Source: an uncultured bacterium
GTDB taxonomy: Bacteria; Desulfobacterota_D; UBA1144
Assembly: GCA_913050245.1 (NCBI GenBank)
Contig: CAJWZJ010000003.1
Span: 27,329 to 91,328 of the forward strand
Reading direction: 5' to 3'
DNA length: 64,000 nt
The position numbers and the translations under genes were made by a program. Shown one piece after another: positions 1 to 11,759 of this stretch; positions within the stretch are counted from its first letter, which is position 1, and each line of letters begins with the position of its first letter. The notes beneath the pieces were generated by a model. That model worked only from the letters and a program-made list of their open reading frames with translations, was not told the DNA's origin and made no database searches.

Positions 1-953
1 TAATGTCTAATTTGTCCCCTCATAGTGATATCAAAATTGCAAAGAACTCACTAGATCCATATAAAAATTTTATGAATAAGATATGGAATGCTTATAAATA
101 CGTTAAAGCTAATTCAGAAGGTTTTAGGATAGTAGCAAAGTTAAATCCTAATTCTTTCTATGATTTTTGGATAATAAATAAATTTTCTAAACTTTTAGAA
201 AACTATACTTATTTTATAGAAAATTGTGAAATTGAGAAATCTTCCTCTGAAATATATAAATTTTTCTGGGATGATTTTTGTGACTGGTTCATAGAAATAT
301 CAAAAATTTCTTTATCCGAAGAATCTAATGACAGTACTAAAGAAATTTTATTAAATATTTTTAATGATTTCTGTTTAATTTTATATCCTTTTTGCCCCTT
401 TATATCATTAGATTTACTGAATAATATGAATCCAAATAATTTGCACATGAAGATCCCAGATAAAAATAAATATAATTTTCAAAATCCTGAATCAGATAAT
501 TTCGTTATTATTCAAGATTTTATAGTAAAAGTAAGATCTTTAAGAAAGAACTTATCAATTCCACCAACTGAGAAAATAAAAGTATATATTGATAAATCAA
601 ACATTCACTATGAATTTCTAAATAAAAATTTTAATATAGTTTCTAAACTTGCTAACGTAGAATCCCTTATTGAAGAGACTGGAAACGAAAAGAATATTAT
701 TACTACAGTATCAAAATTCTTCAGGATCTCCTTTGTAAGAGATGAAAAAATGGATATTCAAATGCAAAAAGGTAAATTACTCAAGGATCTAGATTCAATT
801 AATAAAGATTTAAATAGAGTAGAAAGTAAATTAAAAAATAAAAAATTTCTAGATTCAGCCCCAAGAGACGTTATAGATAGGGAAAACAGAATCCTTAAAG
901 AATCTAAATTAATTAAAGAAAATATAGAATCTATTTTAAGACAGCTTATTTAA
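1..953 (+). CDS. valS: valyl-tRNA synthetase, C-terminal part (5' end lies outside the window)
   Basis: The ORF is open from the window edge. It has an anticodon-binding-type region followed by a terminal coiled coil (KLKNKKFLDSAPRDVIDRENRIL) typical of the ValRS tRNA-binding arm. Confidence 0.8.
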   Translation, partial: MSNLSPHSDIKIAKNSLDPYKNFMNKIWNAYKYVKANSEGFRIVAKLNPNSFYDFWIINKFSKLLENYTYFIENCEIEKSSSEIYKFFWDDFCDWFIEISKISLSEESNDSTKEILLNIFNDFCLILYPFCPFISLDLLNNMNPNNLHMKIPDKNKYNFQNPESDNFVIIQDFIVKVRSLRKNLSIPPTEKIKVYIDKSNIHYEFLNKNFNIVSKLANVESLIEETGNEKNIITTVSKFFRISFVRDEKMDIQMQKGKLLKDLDSINKDLNRVESKLKNKKFLDSAPRDVIDRENRILKESKLIKENIESILRQLI

Positions 954-2325
954 TAGGGTAATCTCCTGTAAAGCAATGATCTGTAAACTGAGGTGATTTT
1001 TCATTTCTTTTTTTGTAACCCATAGCTTTATATGTGCCTTCAAGACTTAGAAAGAACAGAGAAGTAACACCAATAATTTTAGCCATTTCTTTTAAATTGT
1101 TTTGTGATGCAATAAGCTCAGAATAATCAGGAGTATCTATACCATAGAAATCAGGGTGTGTAATAGGGGGGCAACCGATACCAAGATGTACTTCTTTTGC
1201 TCCAGCATCGAAAATTTCTTTTACTATTTTTTTTGAAGTTGTACCTCTAACAATTGAATCATCAATTAATATAACTTTTTTATTAGTAATACATGAACTA
1301 TTAACGCTGTGTTTTAGCTTTACGCCAAATTGTCTAATATTCTGTGTTGGTTCAATAAAAGTTCTACCAACATAATGACTTCTAATTAGCCCTAGTTCAA
1401 AGGGTATTTTAGATTTTTGGGCATAACCTAATGCAGCAGAAACCCCTGAATCAAGCACAGGAACTACTACATCAGCCTTTATCTTATTTTCTATTGCCAG
1501 TTGTTCTCCAAGCTTTTTTCTATATGTATATACAGTTCTTCCACCAATTATACTATCAGGCCTTGAAAAATATATTCTTTCAAAAATACATGGTCGCTCT
1601 TTCCTTTTTTGGAATGGCCTTAGACTTTGAATACCATCTTTTGTTATGATCACTATTTCTCCATGTTTTATATCCCTAATATACTCAGCTCCAATTATAT
1701 TTAACGCACAGGTTTCTGAAGCAAGGACATACGAACCATCTTTGATACCAAGAACAAGCGGCCTAATACCGTATGGATCCCGAACCCCAATAAGTTTTTT
1801 ATTGGTCAAAATTACCAAAGAATATGCGCCTTTGACTCTTTTGAGAGCGTCAATAAGTTTATCTTTGATGAATTTCTTTCTCGATAATGCGACTAGCTGA
1901 AGAATAGTTTCAGTGTCTGATGTAGTTTGGAAAATGGCGCCTTTGCTTATTAACTCATCTCTAATTTCAACTGCATTTATAAGATTACCATTATGTGCAC
2001 AGGCAAAACCACCAGCAGCTAAATCCGCAAATAATGGCTGGATATTCTTATCTATAGATTCCCCTTGTGTGGAATATCTAACATGTCCTACAGCATTTTT
2101 ACCTGGTAGTTGATCAATTACTTCTTTTTTATTAAAGGTGCTTCCGACTAATCCTTGAGCTCTTACACCATTAAAATTTTTTCCATCAAATGTAACAATT
2201 CCTGCACCTTCTTTACCTCTGTGTTGAAGTGCATGAAGTCCTAAGGTTGTTAAAACAGCTGCTTCATTAGCATCAAATATTCCAAATACACCACATTCTT
2301 CGACGAGTTTATCTTGTTTAATCAT
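946..2325 (-). CDS. purF: amidophosphoribosyltransferase
   Basis: N-terminal CGVFGI Ntn-amidotransferase start and PRTase motif [13 protein letters not shown]. Length is 459 aa. Confidence 0.95.
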   Translation of the reverse strand: MIKQDKLVEECGVFGIFDANEAAVLTTLGLHALQHRGKEGAGIVTFDGKNFNGVRAQGLVGSTFNKKEVIDQLPGKNAVGHVRYSTQGESIDKNIQPLFADLAAGGFACAHNGNLINAVEIRDELISKGAIFQTTSDTETILQLVALSRKKFIKDKLIDALKRVKGAYSLVILTNKKLIGVRDPYGIRPLVLGIKDGSYVLASETCALNIIGAEYIRDIKHGEIVIITKDGIQSLRPFQKRKERPCIFERIYFSRPDSIIGGRTVYTYRKKLGEQLAIENKIKADVVVPVLDSGVSAALGYAQKSKIPFELGLIRSHYVGRTFIEPTQNIRQFGVKLKHSVNSSCITNKKVILIDDSIVRGTTSKKIVKEIFDAGAKEVHLGIGCPPITHPDFYGIDTPDYSELIASQNNLKEMAKIIGVTSLFFLSLEGTYKAMGYKKRNEKSPQFTDHCFTGDYPIK

Positions 2326-4514
2326 TTAGGAAATGAATTACTCCATAATTTATAAATATTATCAATACTAACATTAAAATAATCTTTTATATAAAAATTA
2401 TCCTTTGTAACCTTACCTATTTTTTTTGAATATATTTTTTGCTCCAAAGCCTTATTGATTATTTTATCGCTGTCTTTATTATCACAGCTCAATACATAAC
2501 ATCCCTGTGATTCCGCAAAGATTTGAAGTTTTGTATTGAAATTAAGTGACTTAAGATCAATATTAACACCGTACAAGTTATCTGGATTGAAACAACTTTC
2601 GAACAAAGTAACAATAAGCCCACCTTCGGAAATATCATGGATTGATTTAATATTTATACTTCTATTTAATTTATATATAAAATCATTTATTTTCTTATGC
2701 GATTTAAGGTTTATTTGAGGACAATTATTAATATTGTTAAAAGATTTATAGTAGTTTGATATTATTGTAGATCCAAAGTCATTTTTAATTTTACCAATCA
2801 AAATTACATCATCACCCTCATTTTTAAAAAACTGATCCCTACAATATTTAATATTGTCTATTAATCCCACCATGCTTATTACTGGCGTAGGCTTTATAGA
2901 ATCTTTAGAATTTTCGTTATATAAGCTTACATTGCCACTTACTACAGGAGTGTTGAACATTAGAGACGCTTTCGACATACCCTCAATAGATTTTGCAAAT
3001 TGCCACATAATTTTTTTATTCTCAGGATTTCCAAAATTTAAACAATTTGTAATTGCCAAAGGCTTACCACCAGAAGCTATTATATTTCTTGTAGATTCTG
3101 TAACTGCTATTGTAGCGCCCCTTGATGGATTATTATAGCAATAATTTGAGTTACAGTTGGTCGTTAACGATAAAGCCTTTTTGGTCCCTTTAATTCTAAT
3201 AACCGATGAATCCGATCCAGGTTTTACAATAGTATCTGTTCCAACCATGTGATCATATTGTTCAAATATCCAACTTCTCGAACATATATTTGGATCTGAA
3301 ATAACCTTTCTCACCAAATTTTTTAATTCAACTTCATTAGTTTTAATTTTTTTGAAATCAATTTTTTTAATCTTTTTAACCCTTGGTTTTTTAACAGGCC
3401 TTTTGTACATGGGACAGTCGTCAGTTAATAGTGATACAGGTAGATCAACAACTATTTGCTTCTTATACTTAATCAAAAATCTTTTTTCTTTAATTACTTC
3501 TCCAATTTTTTTTGAATCTAATCCCCATTTTTTAAAGATCTTATTAATTTTATTTGAAGATTTATTTTTCAATACTAATAGCATTCTCTCTTGAGATTCG
3601 GATAAAAGCATTTCATAGGCATTTATACTTGAATCTCTCTTAGGAACTTGATCTAAATCGAGTAAAATTCCATTACCAGACCTTGATGCCATCTCTGAAG
3701 CAGAGGAAGTTAAGCCAGCAGCACCCATATCTTGAATACCAATAATTCCTTTTTCCTTAAATAATTCTAAACATGCCTCTAATAACAGTTTCTCTTTAAA
3801 TGGGTCTCCAATTTGAACAGTTGGTTTTTCAAGATTTTTATCATCTTCAAATACATCCGACGCCATTATAGCACCTTTGACTCCATCCTTTCCCGTTTTT
3901 GCACCTAAATAAAATACTGGATTACCTGGGCCATCAGCTCTACCTTTAAAAATTTTACTTTTGGATGTTATTCCTAAAGCAAAAGCATTAACAAGAGGAT
4001 TTCCATTATATGAATCATCAAAATATACCTCGCCACCTACTGTAGGAATACCCATACAGTTTCCATAGCCTGCAATACCCGCAACAACTCCGTTAACTAG
4101 ATTTTTAGTCTTTTTATTCTTCGGATTTCCAAATCTGAGAGAATTCATTAAGGCCACAGGTCTAGCTCCCATAGTAAAAACATCTCTCAATATCCCTCCA
4201 ACTCCTGTTGCGGCACCTTGATAAGGCTCTATATAGGATGGATGATTATGGCTTTCTATTTTAAATACAGCACATTGATTATTTCCAATATCAATAATTC
4301 CAGCATTTTCTCCAGGCCCTTGAATAACATGTTTAGCTTTAGTTGGAAGTTTTTTTAAATAGTATCTAGAACTCTTATAAGAACAATGTTCGGACCACAT
4401 AGCTGCTATAACACCAATTTCATTTATATTCGGCTCTCTTTTGATTCTAGAGACTATTAATTTATATTCTTTAATTGTTAGTCCATTATCTAATGCGAAA
4501 GAAAGATTTTTCAT
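2322..4514 (-). CDS. purL: phosphoribosylformylglycinamidine synthase II
   Basis: A 730-aa PurL-type protein ([15 protein letters not shown], duplicated AIRS-like halves). Its 3' end overlaps the purF start by 4 nt. Confidence 0.93.
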   Translation of the reverse strand: MKNLSFALDNGLTIKEYKLIVSRIKREPNINEIGVIAAMWSEHCSYKSSRYYLKKLPTKAKHVIQGPGENAGIIDIGNNQCAVFKIESHNHPSYIEPYQGAATGVGGILRDVFTMGARPVALMNSLRFGNPKNKKTKNLVNGVVAGIAGYGNCMGIPTVGGEVYFDDSYNGNPLVNAFALGITSKSKIFKGRADGPGNPVFYLGAKTGKDGVKGAIMASDVFEDDKNLEKPTVQIGDPFKEKLLLEACLELFKEKGIIGIQDMGAAGLTSSASEMASRSGNGILLDLDQVPKRDSSINAYEMLLSESQERMLLVLKNKSSNKINKIFKKWGLDSKKIGEVIKEKRFLIKYKKQIVVDLPVSLLTDDCPMYKRPVKKPRVKKIKKIDFKKIKTNEVELKNLVRKVISDPNICSRSWIFEQYDHMVGTDTIVKPGSDSSVIRIKGTKKALSLTTNCNSNYCYNNPSRGATIAVTESTRNIIASGGKPLAITNCLNFGNPENKKIMWQFAKSIEGMSKASLMFNTPVVSGNVSLYNENSKDSIKPTPVISMVGLIDNIKYCRDQFFKNEGDDVILIGKIKNDFGSTIISNYYKSFNNINNCPQINLKSHKKINDFIYKLNRSINIKSIHDISEGGLIVTLFESCFNPDNLYGVNIDLKSLNFNTKLQIFAESQGCYVLSCDNKDSDKIINKALEQKIYSKKIGKVTKDNFYIKDYFNVSIDNIYKLWSNSFPK

Positions 4515-4593
4515 AGGGATAATTTAATAATACATAAATAAGTATATATAATCATCTTTCAAAAAATATAATCAATCTGGTAAAGTAAATGCG

Positions 4594-5661
4594 ATGAGAA
4601 AAAAAATTATAGTTGCGATGAGCGGTGGTGTAGATAGCTCAACAACAGCAGCATTGCTTATGGAGCAAGGACATGATGTATCAGGCATAACGATGCAGTT
4701 ATGGGATTATGCTGATGGCGAGACAGGCTGTTGCTCTCTTAATGATGTGTTTGATGCAAGACAGGCAGCTAATCAGATAGGAATTGAACACCATGTTGTA
4801 AACTATAAAGAAGATTTTCAAAAATATGTTGTAACAGATTTTATTGATAAATATTACAATGGTCAAACACCAAATCCATGCATTATGTGCAACGAATATA
4901 TGAAATTTGATTTTCTCTTAAAAAAATCTCTTGAGCTGGGAGCAGATTATCTTGCTACAGGGCACTATGCAAAAATATCTAAAGAAAATGATGGCAATTA
5001 TTTTTTAGAAAAAGGGGTAGACAAATTTAAAGACCAGTCATATTTTCTTTTTACACTCGGTAAAAAAGAATTATCAAAACTCTTGTTTCCTTTGGGTGAA
5101 TTTACCAAATCAAAGGTAAGGGAAATATCTGAGGGTTTTGAATTAACTGTAGCTTCAAAAAAAGAGAGTCAGGATGTATGTTTTATTGCAAAGGATTATA
5201 GGAAATTTATTGAAGATAATACAAATATAAATAAACCAAAGATTGGAAATATAAAAAGTATAAATGGTGATATTTTAGGAACCCATAAAGGAATTCATAA
5301 TTTTACTATAGGCCAAAGAAGGAAGTTAGGTATTGATTCTCTTGGAGCTAAATATGTTGTATCAATTGATTTTAAAGATTCTAGTGTGATAGTTGGTGAG
5401 GAAGAGGATCTATATTCTGATAGGTTAATTGCTACTAATTTGAATTGGTCAATTGATAAGAACAAAATTTACAACCTGAATATAAAAGCAAAAGTTAGAT
5501 ATAGAAGCCCCGAAACTCCTGTAAGTATAAAATTTGTTGATGATAATAGAGTTCAGGTTATTTTTAAAACCCCCCAAAGAGCTCTTACTCCTGGTCAAGC
5601 TATAGTCTTTTATCTAGGCGATAAAGTCATAGGGGGAGGTTGGATTGATAAAGCAAAATAA
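4594..5661 (+). CDS. mnmA: tRNA 2-thiouridine(34) synthase
   Basis: PP-loop VAMSGGVDSS, conserved NPCIMCN and KDQSYFL motifs, 355 aa. Confidence 0.93.
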   Translation: MRKKIIVAMSGGVDSSTTAALLMEQGHDVSGITMQLWDYADGETGCCSLNDVFDARQAANQIGIEHHVVNYKEDFQKYVVTDFIDKYYNGQTPNPCIMCNEYMKFDFLLKKSLELGADYLATGHYAKISKENDGNYFLEKGVDKFKDQSYFLFTLGKKELSKLLFPLGEFTKSKVREISEGFELTVASKKESQDVCFIAKDYRKFIEDNTNINKPKIGNIKSINGDILGTHKGIHNFTIGQRRKLGIDSLGAKYVVSIDFKDSSVIVGEEEDLYSDRLIATNLNWSIDKNKIYNLNIKAKVRYRSPETPVSIKFVDDNRVQVIFKTPQRALTPGQAIVFYLGDKVIGGGWIDKAK

Positions 5662-6940
5662 ATCAGTAAGTTTCATAACCTATGGATGTAAGGTTAATCA
5701 GTTTGATACAGATAAAATAATATCTAATCTACCTAATAACTTTAGTGTCATAGATGATATATCAAGTAGTGATATTTGTATCATTAATACATGTACAGTA
5801 ACAGATAATACTGACAATCAATTTTTTAAGGATTTAAGAAGGATAAAAAGAATAAATCCAAAGATTAAAACTTTGGTAACTGGCTGTTTGGCTCAGACAT
5901 CTCCAGAAAAACTTAGAGTTATTGATGAAATTGACCTCATAGTTGACAATGCAAATAAATATTTGATACCAAAAGTTATTAAGGAGCCCGATAAATATAA
6001 TAAAGAAATTATATCGAATATTTTTGATATAAAAGATTTTGATGATAATTATGATGATTTGAAAGAAGATAGATCAAGAGCTTTTCTAAAAGTTCAAGAT
6101 GGTTGTAATTTTAGGTGTTCATTTTGCATTATTCCATATGCAAGAGGCAAGTCTAGGAGTATGACGCCAAGAAATGTTATCAATAGAATCAATTCTCTAC
6201 ATGAGAAGGGTTTTAATGAAATTGTTCTAACCGGTATTCACCTTTCTAGTTATGGAAAAGATATATCCTCAAGCTTGATTGATTTATTAAGGTTTATTGA
6301 AAAAGAAACAGATATTCCTAATGTAAGAATAAGTTCTATAGATCCTGCTGATACAGGTTTTGATCTCATAGGTTTTATTGGGTCGTCAAAAAAGATATGT
6401 CCATCCTTCCACATCTCCTTACAGAGCGCAACGAATCAAGTTTTAAAAAATATGAGAAGAAGATATAAAATTGAAGATTTTGACAAATTAATAAGATTTA
6501 TAAGATTAAATATTCCTGAATCATGTATCGGAACTGATGTAATTGTTGGATTTCCTGAAGAATCTTCTGAAAATTTTAATGAGACGCTAAATTATATAAA
6601 AAGTTCTGAATTAAATTATTTACATGTTTTTCCATATTCTGATAGAAAGGGGACGAAAGCATCAATTAGTAAAAATAAAGTAAGTGAAAGTGAAAAGCAA
6701 AATAGATCTAAAATTTTAAGAAAAATAAGTCTAGACCTTAAAATAAAATTCGCAAACAACTTCATCGGAAAGGAGCTTGATGGTATTCAAGAAAAAAATA
6801 ATAAAGTCAGAACCAATAATTATATTGAAGTTTTAGTTGAATCGTCCTCATATTCCGCTGGTGAAATTGCTAAGGTACTTATAACAGATATAAAAAAAGA
6901 CAAAGCTTACGGCCGAATTATTCATCCTCACTTTCAATAA
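5645..6940 (+). CDS. mtaB: MiaB-like radical-SAM tRNA methylthiotransferase (MtaB-type)
   Basis: UPF0004 N-domain ([13 protein letters not shown]), radical-SAM [11 protein letters not shown] and a TRAM-like C-terminus. TTG start overlapping mnmA by 17 nt. Confidence 0.8.
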   Translation: MIKQNKSVSFITYGCKVNQFDTDKIISNLPNNFSVIDDISSSDICIINTCTVTDNTDNQFFKDLRRIKRINPKIKTLVTGCLAQTSPEKLRVIDEIDLIVDNANKYLIPKVIKEPDKYNKEIISNIFDIKDFDDNYDDLKEDRSRAFLKVQDGCNFRCSFCIIPYARGKSRSMTPRNVINRINSLHEKGFNEIVLTGIHLSSYGKDISSSLIDLLRFIEKETDIPNVRISSIDPADTGFDLIGFIGSSKKICPSFHISLQSATNQVLKNMRRRYKIEDFDKLIRFIRLNIPESCIGTDVIVGFPEESSENFNETLNYIKSSELNYLHVFPYSDRKGTKASISKNKVSESEKQNRSKILRKISLDLKIKFANNFIGKELDGIQEKNNKVRTNNYIEVLVESSSYSAGEIAKVLITDIKKDKAYGRIIHPHFQ

Positions 6941-8678
6941 GTTCTATTCCTAATTCCTCTAATTGTTTTTTCGAAAATACTTTAGATGGTGCTTCAGTTA
7001 ATAAGCATGATGATTTTTGCGTTTTTGGAAAAGCTATAACATCTCTAATGGAATCAGAATTAGTTAAAAACATAAGCATTCTGTCTAGACCAAGTGCTAA
7101 GCCACCATGTGGTGGTGTACCACTTTCAAGTGCATCCAAGAGAAATCCAAAATTATCTTTTGATTCTTTATTAGAAATATTAAGTAGACTTAATATTTCT
7201 TCTTGTAATTCTCTTTTGTGTATCCTTAAACTACCTCCACCAAGCTCAATTCCATTAAGAACTATGTCATAAGCACAAGATTTGGAATTTATTAAGTCCT
7301 TACCATTTTCACTTTTAGGTAAAGTGAATGGATGATGAACAGAATTCAGATTATCTCCTTCTTTTATAAATAATGGAAAATCTGTAATCCATACGAATTT
7401 GAAATCTTTGGAGTCTACCATACCAAGATCTCTACCAAGTTTTAATCTTACAGCAGATAGATATTTGTTAACCTCATTCTCAGTGCCAGCTCCAAAGAAC
7501 ATTATATCCCCAACACTCAAATTTATTTGATTTTTTAAACTTTCTAGCTCTTCATCTGAAAAGAATTTAATTATTGGAGACTGTAAACCATCTTCATTAA
7601 CTTTTATCCATGCAAGACCTTTTGCTCCATTTTCTTGAGCAAAGATAGTTAGCTCATCTATATCTTTTCTAGATAAGCTAGAATTTTCAACTTTGATACA
7701 TTTGATTACACCTTTATCTTCAATAACTTGTTTAAAAACTTTGAATTCAGTATTTGAGAAAATGTTAGTTATGTTTTTTAATTCTAATCCAAATCTCATA
7801 TCTGGCCTGTCATTTCCAAACCTTTCCATTGACTCCTCATATGTGATTCTTTCAAATTGATTATCAAATTTTATATTTAATATTTTATTAAATATTGTTT
7901 TAAGTAGATTTTCGGTAAAATCTATAATATCTTCTTCATTAACAAATGACATCTCAAAATCTATCTGGGTAAATTCAGGTTGTCGATCGGCTCTTAGATC
8001 CTCATCTCTAAAACATCTTACTATCTGGAAATATCTATCAAATCCTGAAGTCATAAGTACCTGTTTAAGAATTTGTGGAGATTGTGGTAGTGCAAAGAAA
8101 TGGTTTTGATAAACCCGACTAGGAACCAAGTAATCTCTTGCACCTTCAGGAGTTGATTTGGTTAAATAAGGTGTTTCAATTTCAATAAATTCTTTATCGT
8201 TGAAATAATCCCTTGTAATCTGCATCACTTTACTTTTTATTACAAAATTATTATTTATATTTGGCCTTCTTAAATCTAGATATCGATATTTAAGTCTAAT
8301 ATTTTCATCAGTATCAATCTCATCTTCAATTTGGAATGGAATTGGCACACAAGAATTTAGGATTTCTACATTTTCAGCAAGAATTTCAATTTTTCCTGTA
8401 GGGATTTTATTGTTTACACTCTCCTCTGATCTTTCTCTAACAACCCCTTCAACTCTAACAACATATTCATTTCTAATTGATTCCATTATCATATGCGCAT
8501 TATTACAATCAATTGGATCTGATACAATTTGAATAATTCCAGATCTATCTCTTAAATCTATAAAAATTATACCGCCATGATCTCTAATAGTAGAGGCCCA
8601 GCCTGTTAATGTGACACGCTGATCTATACTACTTTCATCTATTTTTGCACAATAGGTTGTTCTTGCACTTGTCTTCAT
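6918..8678 (-). CDS. aspS: aspartyl-tRNA synthetase
   Basis: A 586-aa class IIb aaRS with motif 2 region [18 protein letters not shown] and C-terminal GGLALGLDR. Confidence 0.95.
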   Translation of the reverse strand: MKTSARTTYCAKIDESSIDQRVTLTGWASTIRDHGGIIFIDLRDRSGIIQIVSDPIDCNNAHMIMESIRNEYVVRVEGVVRERSEESVNNKIPTGKIEILAENVEILNSCVPIPFQIEDEIDTDENIRLKYRYLDLRRPNINNNFVIKSKVMQITRDYFNDKEFIEIETPYLTKSTPEGARDYLVPSRVYQNHFFALPQSPQILKQVLMTSGFDRYFQIVRCFRDEDLRADRQPEFTQIDFEMSFVNEEDIIDFTENLLKTIFNKILNIKFDNQFERITYEESMERFGNDRPDMRFGLELKNITNIFSNTEFKVFKQVIEDKGVIKCIKVENSSLSRKDIDELTIFAQENGAKGLAWIKVNEDGLQSPIIKFFSDEELESLKNQINLSVGDIMFFGAGTENEVNKYLSAVRLKLGRDLGMVDSKDFKFVWITDFPLFIKEGDNLNSVHHPFTLPKSENGKDLINSKSCAYDIVLNGIELGGGSLRIHKRELQEEILSLLNISNKESKDNFGFLLDALESGTPPHGGLALGLDRMLMFLTNSDSIRDVIAFPKTQKSSCLLTEAPSKVFSKKQLEELGIELIESEDE

Positions 8679-8742
8679 GGTTGGAAATAAATCTTAACTT
8701 TATTTATTAAACACTACAAGAAAAGAGTGTAATCTATTAATT

Positions 8743-9624
8743 ATGCAAGAATTCAAGTCAGGTACTGTTTCAATTATAGGTAAACCTAATACAGGTAAGT
8801 CAACTCTAATAAATCTAATCACTGATAGACGAATCTCAGCGGTTAGTGATAAGCCAAATACTACTAGGAATAAAATTCTTGGTGTATATAACAGAGATAA
8901 TACGCAAATACTATTTCTTGATACACCAGGATTTCAGAAATCCAAAAAATTTCTAAATAGAATAATGATTCAGTCGTCAATGCAGGCAATAGGTGAAGGA
9001 GATATTATACTCCTACTTATAGATGCAACAAAGAAAATTTTACCTGAGGATGATGAGCTGTTTAGAAAAATTGAAGGTAAAAATTCGATTATTGCAATTA
9101 ACAAAATTGATTTAATAAAAAAAAGTAAAATATTAAATTTAATAAATAAATTAAGTAATGAATATAGTTTCGTAAAAAGCTTTGTTCCAATAAGTGCGCT
9201 TGAAAATCAAGGAATTGATCTATTGATCAAAGAATTTATGGAATATCTTCCACATAGTCAAAAATTAATGCCAGATGGAATTTATACTGATCAAGCTGAA
9301 AAGTTTTATATTTCTGAAATTATTAGAGAAAAAATTTATATTAATTTATTTAAAGAAGTTCCTTATAGAACTGCTGTTGTAATTGAAGAAATGATTGATA
9401 AGAAGAAGATAATTGTAATCCAATCTTATATAGTTGTTGAAAGTTCTCAGCACAAACAAATTATTCTCGGAAAAAAAGGTTCAATGATTAAGAAAATTGG
9501 GTTAGAAAGCAGGAAAGATATTCAAGATTTTTTAAATTGTAAAGTGTATTTAGACCTTAGAGTTAAGATTGATAATCAATGGCTCAAAACAAAAGATAAA
9601 GCCTTTAATTATTCAAGCATATAA
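8743..9624 (+). CDS. era: GTPase Era
   Basis: G1 GKPNTGKST, G3 DTPG, G4 NKID, and a C-terminal KH domain (LGKKGSMIKKIG). Confidence 0.93.
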   Translation: MQEFKSGTVSIIGKPNTGKSTLINLITDRRISAVSDKPNTTRNKILGVYNRDNTQILFLDTPGFQKSKKFLNRIMIQSSMQAIGEGDIILLLIDATKKILPEDDELFRKIEGKNSIIAINKIDLIKKSKILNLINKLSNEYSFVKSFVPISALENQGIDLLIKEFMEYLPHSQKLMPDGIYTDQAEKFYISEIIREKIYINLFKEVPYRTAVVIEEMIDKKKIIVIQSYIVVESSQHKQIILGKKGSMIKKIGLESRKDIQDFLNCKVYLDLRVKIDNQWLKTKDKAFNYSSI

Positions 9625-9625
9625 A

Positions 9626-10399
9626 CTATTTACCTTTAAAGCTTGGCGCACGTTTTTCATTAAATGCTTTTCGACCTTCAACGAAATCCTGGCTATTTTG
9701 TATTTCAATGATTAATTTTTTTATTAATTCTTGATTTTTTTCATCTAGTGATTGTGATGATTGAAAGGCATTAATAGACTTCTTTATAGTAGCCAATGAA
9801 AGGGGTGCATTCTGCGAAATTTTCAAACAAAACTCAATAGCTTCATCAATAATTGAATCTTTATCACAAACAAAATTAGCTATGCCCATTTCCAACGCCT
9901 CATCTGAACCAAATTTATCGGCAGTAAGAAAAATCATTTTAGTATTAGATATCCCAACACAATTGATGAAGTTTTTTAAACCATCATAGCTATAAGGAAT
10001 TCCTAACTTGGCAGGAGGAACACAAAAGATAGCACTCTTTGAGAAGAACCTAAAATCAGAACTAATTGCTATTTCTAATGCACCACCAAATACATGGCCA
10101 TTAATAGCTGTAATAATTATTTTTTTCGAATTTTTGAAACAATCTGTAATTCTTATAAGCGGATGGTTCTTGTCATTATAGTCTTCTTTAATTGAGCTGA
10201 TATCATAACCAGATGAAAATATTTTATTATTATTGCTTTTAAGCAGTACGCACCTTATATCTGGATTATCTTCAATTGTTGATAAATAATTGATAATTTC
10301 TTCAATCATAGCAGGAGTTATTGCATTCTTTTTTTCAGGATTATCAATTGAAATGGTAGCTATATTGTTTAATACATTAAATTTAACAAAACTTTCCAT
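9626..10399 (-). CDS. enoyl-CoA hydratase/isomerase (crotonase) family protein
   Basis: Crotonase fold signatures FSSGYDIS and GHVFGGALEIAISSDFRF, 257 aa. Substrate is not assignable. Confidence 0.8.
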   Translation of the reverse strand: MESFVKFNVLNNIATISIDNPEKKNAITPAMIEEIINYLSTIEDNPDIRCVLLKSNNNKIFSSGYDISSIKEDYNDKNHPLIRITDCFKNSKKIIITAINGHVFGGALEIAISSDFRFFSKSAIFCVPPAKLGIPYSYDGLKNFINCVGISNTKMIFLTADKFGSDEALEMGIANFVCDKDSIIDEAIEFCLKISQNAPLSLATIKKSINAFQSSQSLDEKNQELIKKLIIEIQNSQDFVEGRKAFNEKRAPSFKGK

Positions 10400-10444
10400 A
10401 TTGGTTATATTAGGCTATATTATAATTTTTTAAAAGGATTTATT

Positions 10445-10987
10445 ATGCCAGTATATGAATTTGAATGTAGAACTTGTATGAGAGCCTATAATAAGGAAAT
10501 AGATAAGCTTGTAAAAAATCTTACGAAAAAATATGCCGAGAAGCTAGCGAAAAAAAATAAAAACTTTAAATATATTGAATTGCTTAACCCTAAAAATGAA
10601 AAAACAATCTTTTCAGTTGGCAAAGAAGGTAATAAAGGTATAAGAAGGTTTAGATATAAATTGGACGAAAAAAAATTTTTATATCTGGAAATTGTTGATT
10701 TTAAATTCAGTGAACTTTTTTTCGAGGGCGATAAAGTTGAAGATGTTAAATGTCCATGTGATAAAAGTTGTAAAGAAATAGAAAGAGTCTTTTCTCCATT
10801 TAAAGCTATTTTTGAAAAAAGGGGTGGTGCAAATGATAGAGCACCAAAGCCTGGAGATCCTTTGCAATGGCATAAAGATTATAAGATTATGAAAGATGAA
10901 GAACAAGCTTCAAATTGGGTCGGACAAGATCATCTAAATCAATATTTTGGAAATTCACAACATGATGGATCTTATGGTTCAGAGTAG
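10445..10987 (+). CDS. FmdB-like zinc-ribbon protein with a large insertion between the two Cys knuckles (paralog 1)
   Basis: Starts MPVYEFECRTC (the canonical FmdB-family opening). The second knuckle, VKCPCDKSCKEIERVFSPF, comes only about 90 residues later. Tail is PKPGDP-containing. Confidence 0.6.
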   Translation: MPVYEFECRTCMRAYNKEIDKLVKNLTKKYAEKLAKKNKNFKYIELLNPKNEKTIFSVGKEGNKGIRRFRYKLDEKKFLYLEIVDFKFSELFFEGDKVEDVKCPCDKSCKEIERVFSPFKAIFEKRGGANDRAPKPGDPLQWHKDYKIMKDEEQASNWVGQDHLNQYFGNSQHDGSYGSE

Positions 10988-10995
10988 GTAAAAAA

Positions 10996-11535
10996 ATGCC
11001 ATTATATGAATTTGAATGTATTACATGTAGGAATCAGATTTTAGATTCACTTAAAGTAATTGAAAAAACTCCGAATCTAAAAACAATCAAATCAGTTTTA
11101 AAAAAACATTCTCATATAAAAGCTATAGTCTTAGCTGATCTCATCAAAGAAGAAGAGATTGCTAGTGCTGGTAAATTTTCAGAAAATTTAATAGATATAG
11201 ATTTATATATTGAAGATGGAAAAAAAATGGTTTTGTTCTCTGTAGATAATTTTAGATTTTCAGAACTTATTTTAGATAAAGAGGATGAGAAAAAAGTTGA
11301 ATGTAATTGCTGTGAAAAAGGAAAAATTGAAAGAGTAATATCATCATTTTCATATACAAGTGATTTGTCAACCGATCCTCCTAAACCGCCAGGTATGAAA
11401 GATTTACCAAAAGAAATTAGAGGAAAAGTTAATCTTGGTGAATATATCGAAGAGAAGGATAGACCACATAACATTAAGGCTGATAACAGGTATAAGCACC
11501 AATACCAAGATAAATCTAGGAAAAAAATTCTCTAA
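10996..11535 (+). CDS. FmdB-like zinc-ribbon protein with a large insertion between the two Cys knuckles (paralog 2)
   Basis: Starts MPLYEFECITC, with second knuckle VECNCCEKGKIERVISSF. It shares DxF(K/R)FSEL and PKP(P)G blocks with the upstream ORF and is 179 aa versus 180 aa. Confidence 0.6.
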   Translation: MPLYEFECITCRNQILDSLKVIEKTPNLKTIKSVLKKHSHIKAIVLADLIKEEEIASAGKFSENLIDIDLYIEDGKKMVLFSVDNFRFSELILDKEDEKKVECNCCEKGKIERVISSFSYTSDLSTDPPKPPGMKDLPKEIRGKVNLGEYIEEKDRPHNIKADNRYKHQYQDKSRKKIL

Positions 11536-11759
11536 CTGTAATTTTTTTTTAGAAACTCAATAAACTTTATTAAGATTTCATAATTTTCATCATCTATGTC
11601 TTTATAACTACAACCAAATTTTTTTTTAATCAAAACCAGAATATGTGCATAAGGATTTCTTCCTTTAGGATGATAGGGCGAATCCGGTAATTTATCTTTT
11701 AAAAAATCACCTGCTTTCGTAATAGCTTCCCAAGCCTTTTTTTTATTTTCATTATTCAT
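11532..11759 (-). CDS. small hypothetical protein (75 aa); C-terminal half resembles the ORF6C-type motif FGxSYKDI
   Basis: Its ATG lies inside the last codons of hisIE (gATGAATAAtg), which suggests translational coupling. Stop codons of this ORF and the convergent zinc-ribbon gene overlap. Function unknown. Confidence 0.45.
   Translation of the reverse strand: MNNENKKKAWEAITKAGDFLKDKLPDSPYHPKGRNPYAHILVLIKKKFGCSYKDIDDENYEILIKFIEFLKKNYS

Noticed and set aside
11112-11474. A 120-aa minus-strand ORF antisense to the second zinc-ribbon gene.
   Set aside because: Ser-rich and low-complexity, with no SD. The plus-strand frame carries the paralog-conserved Cys knuckles, so it is the real coding frame.
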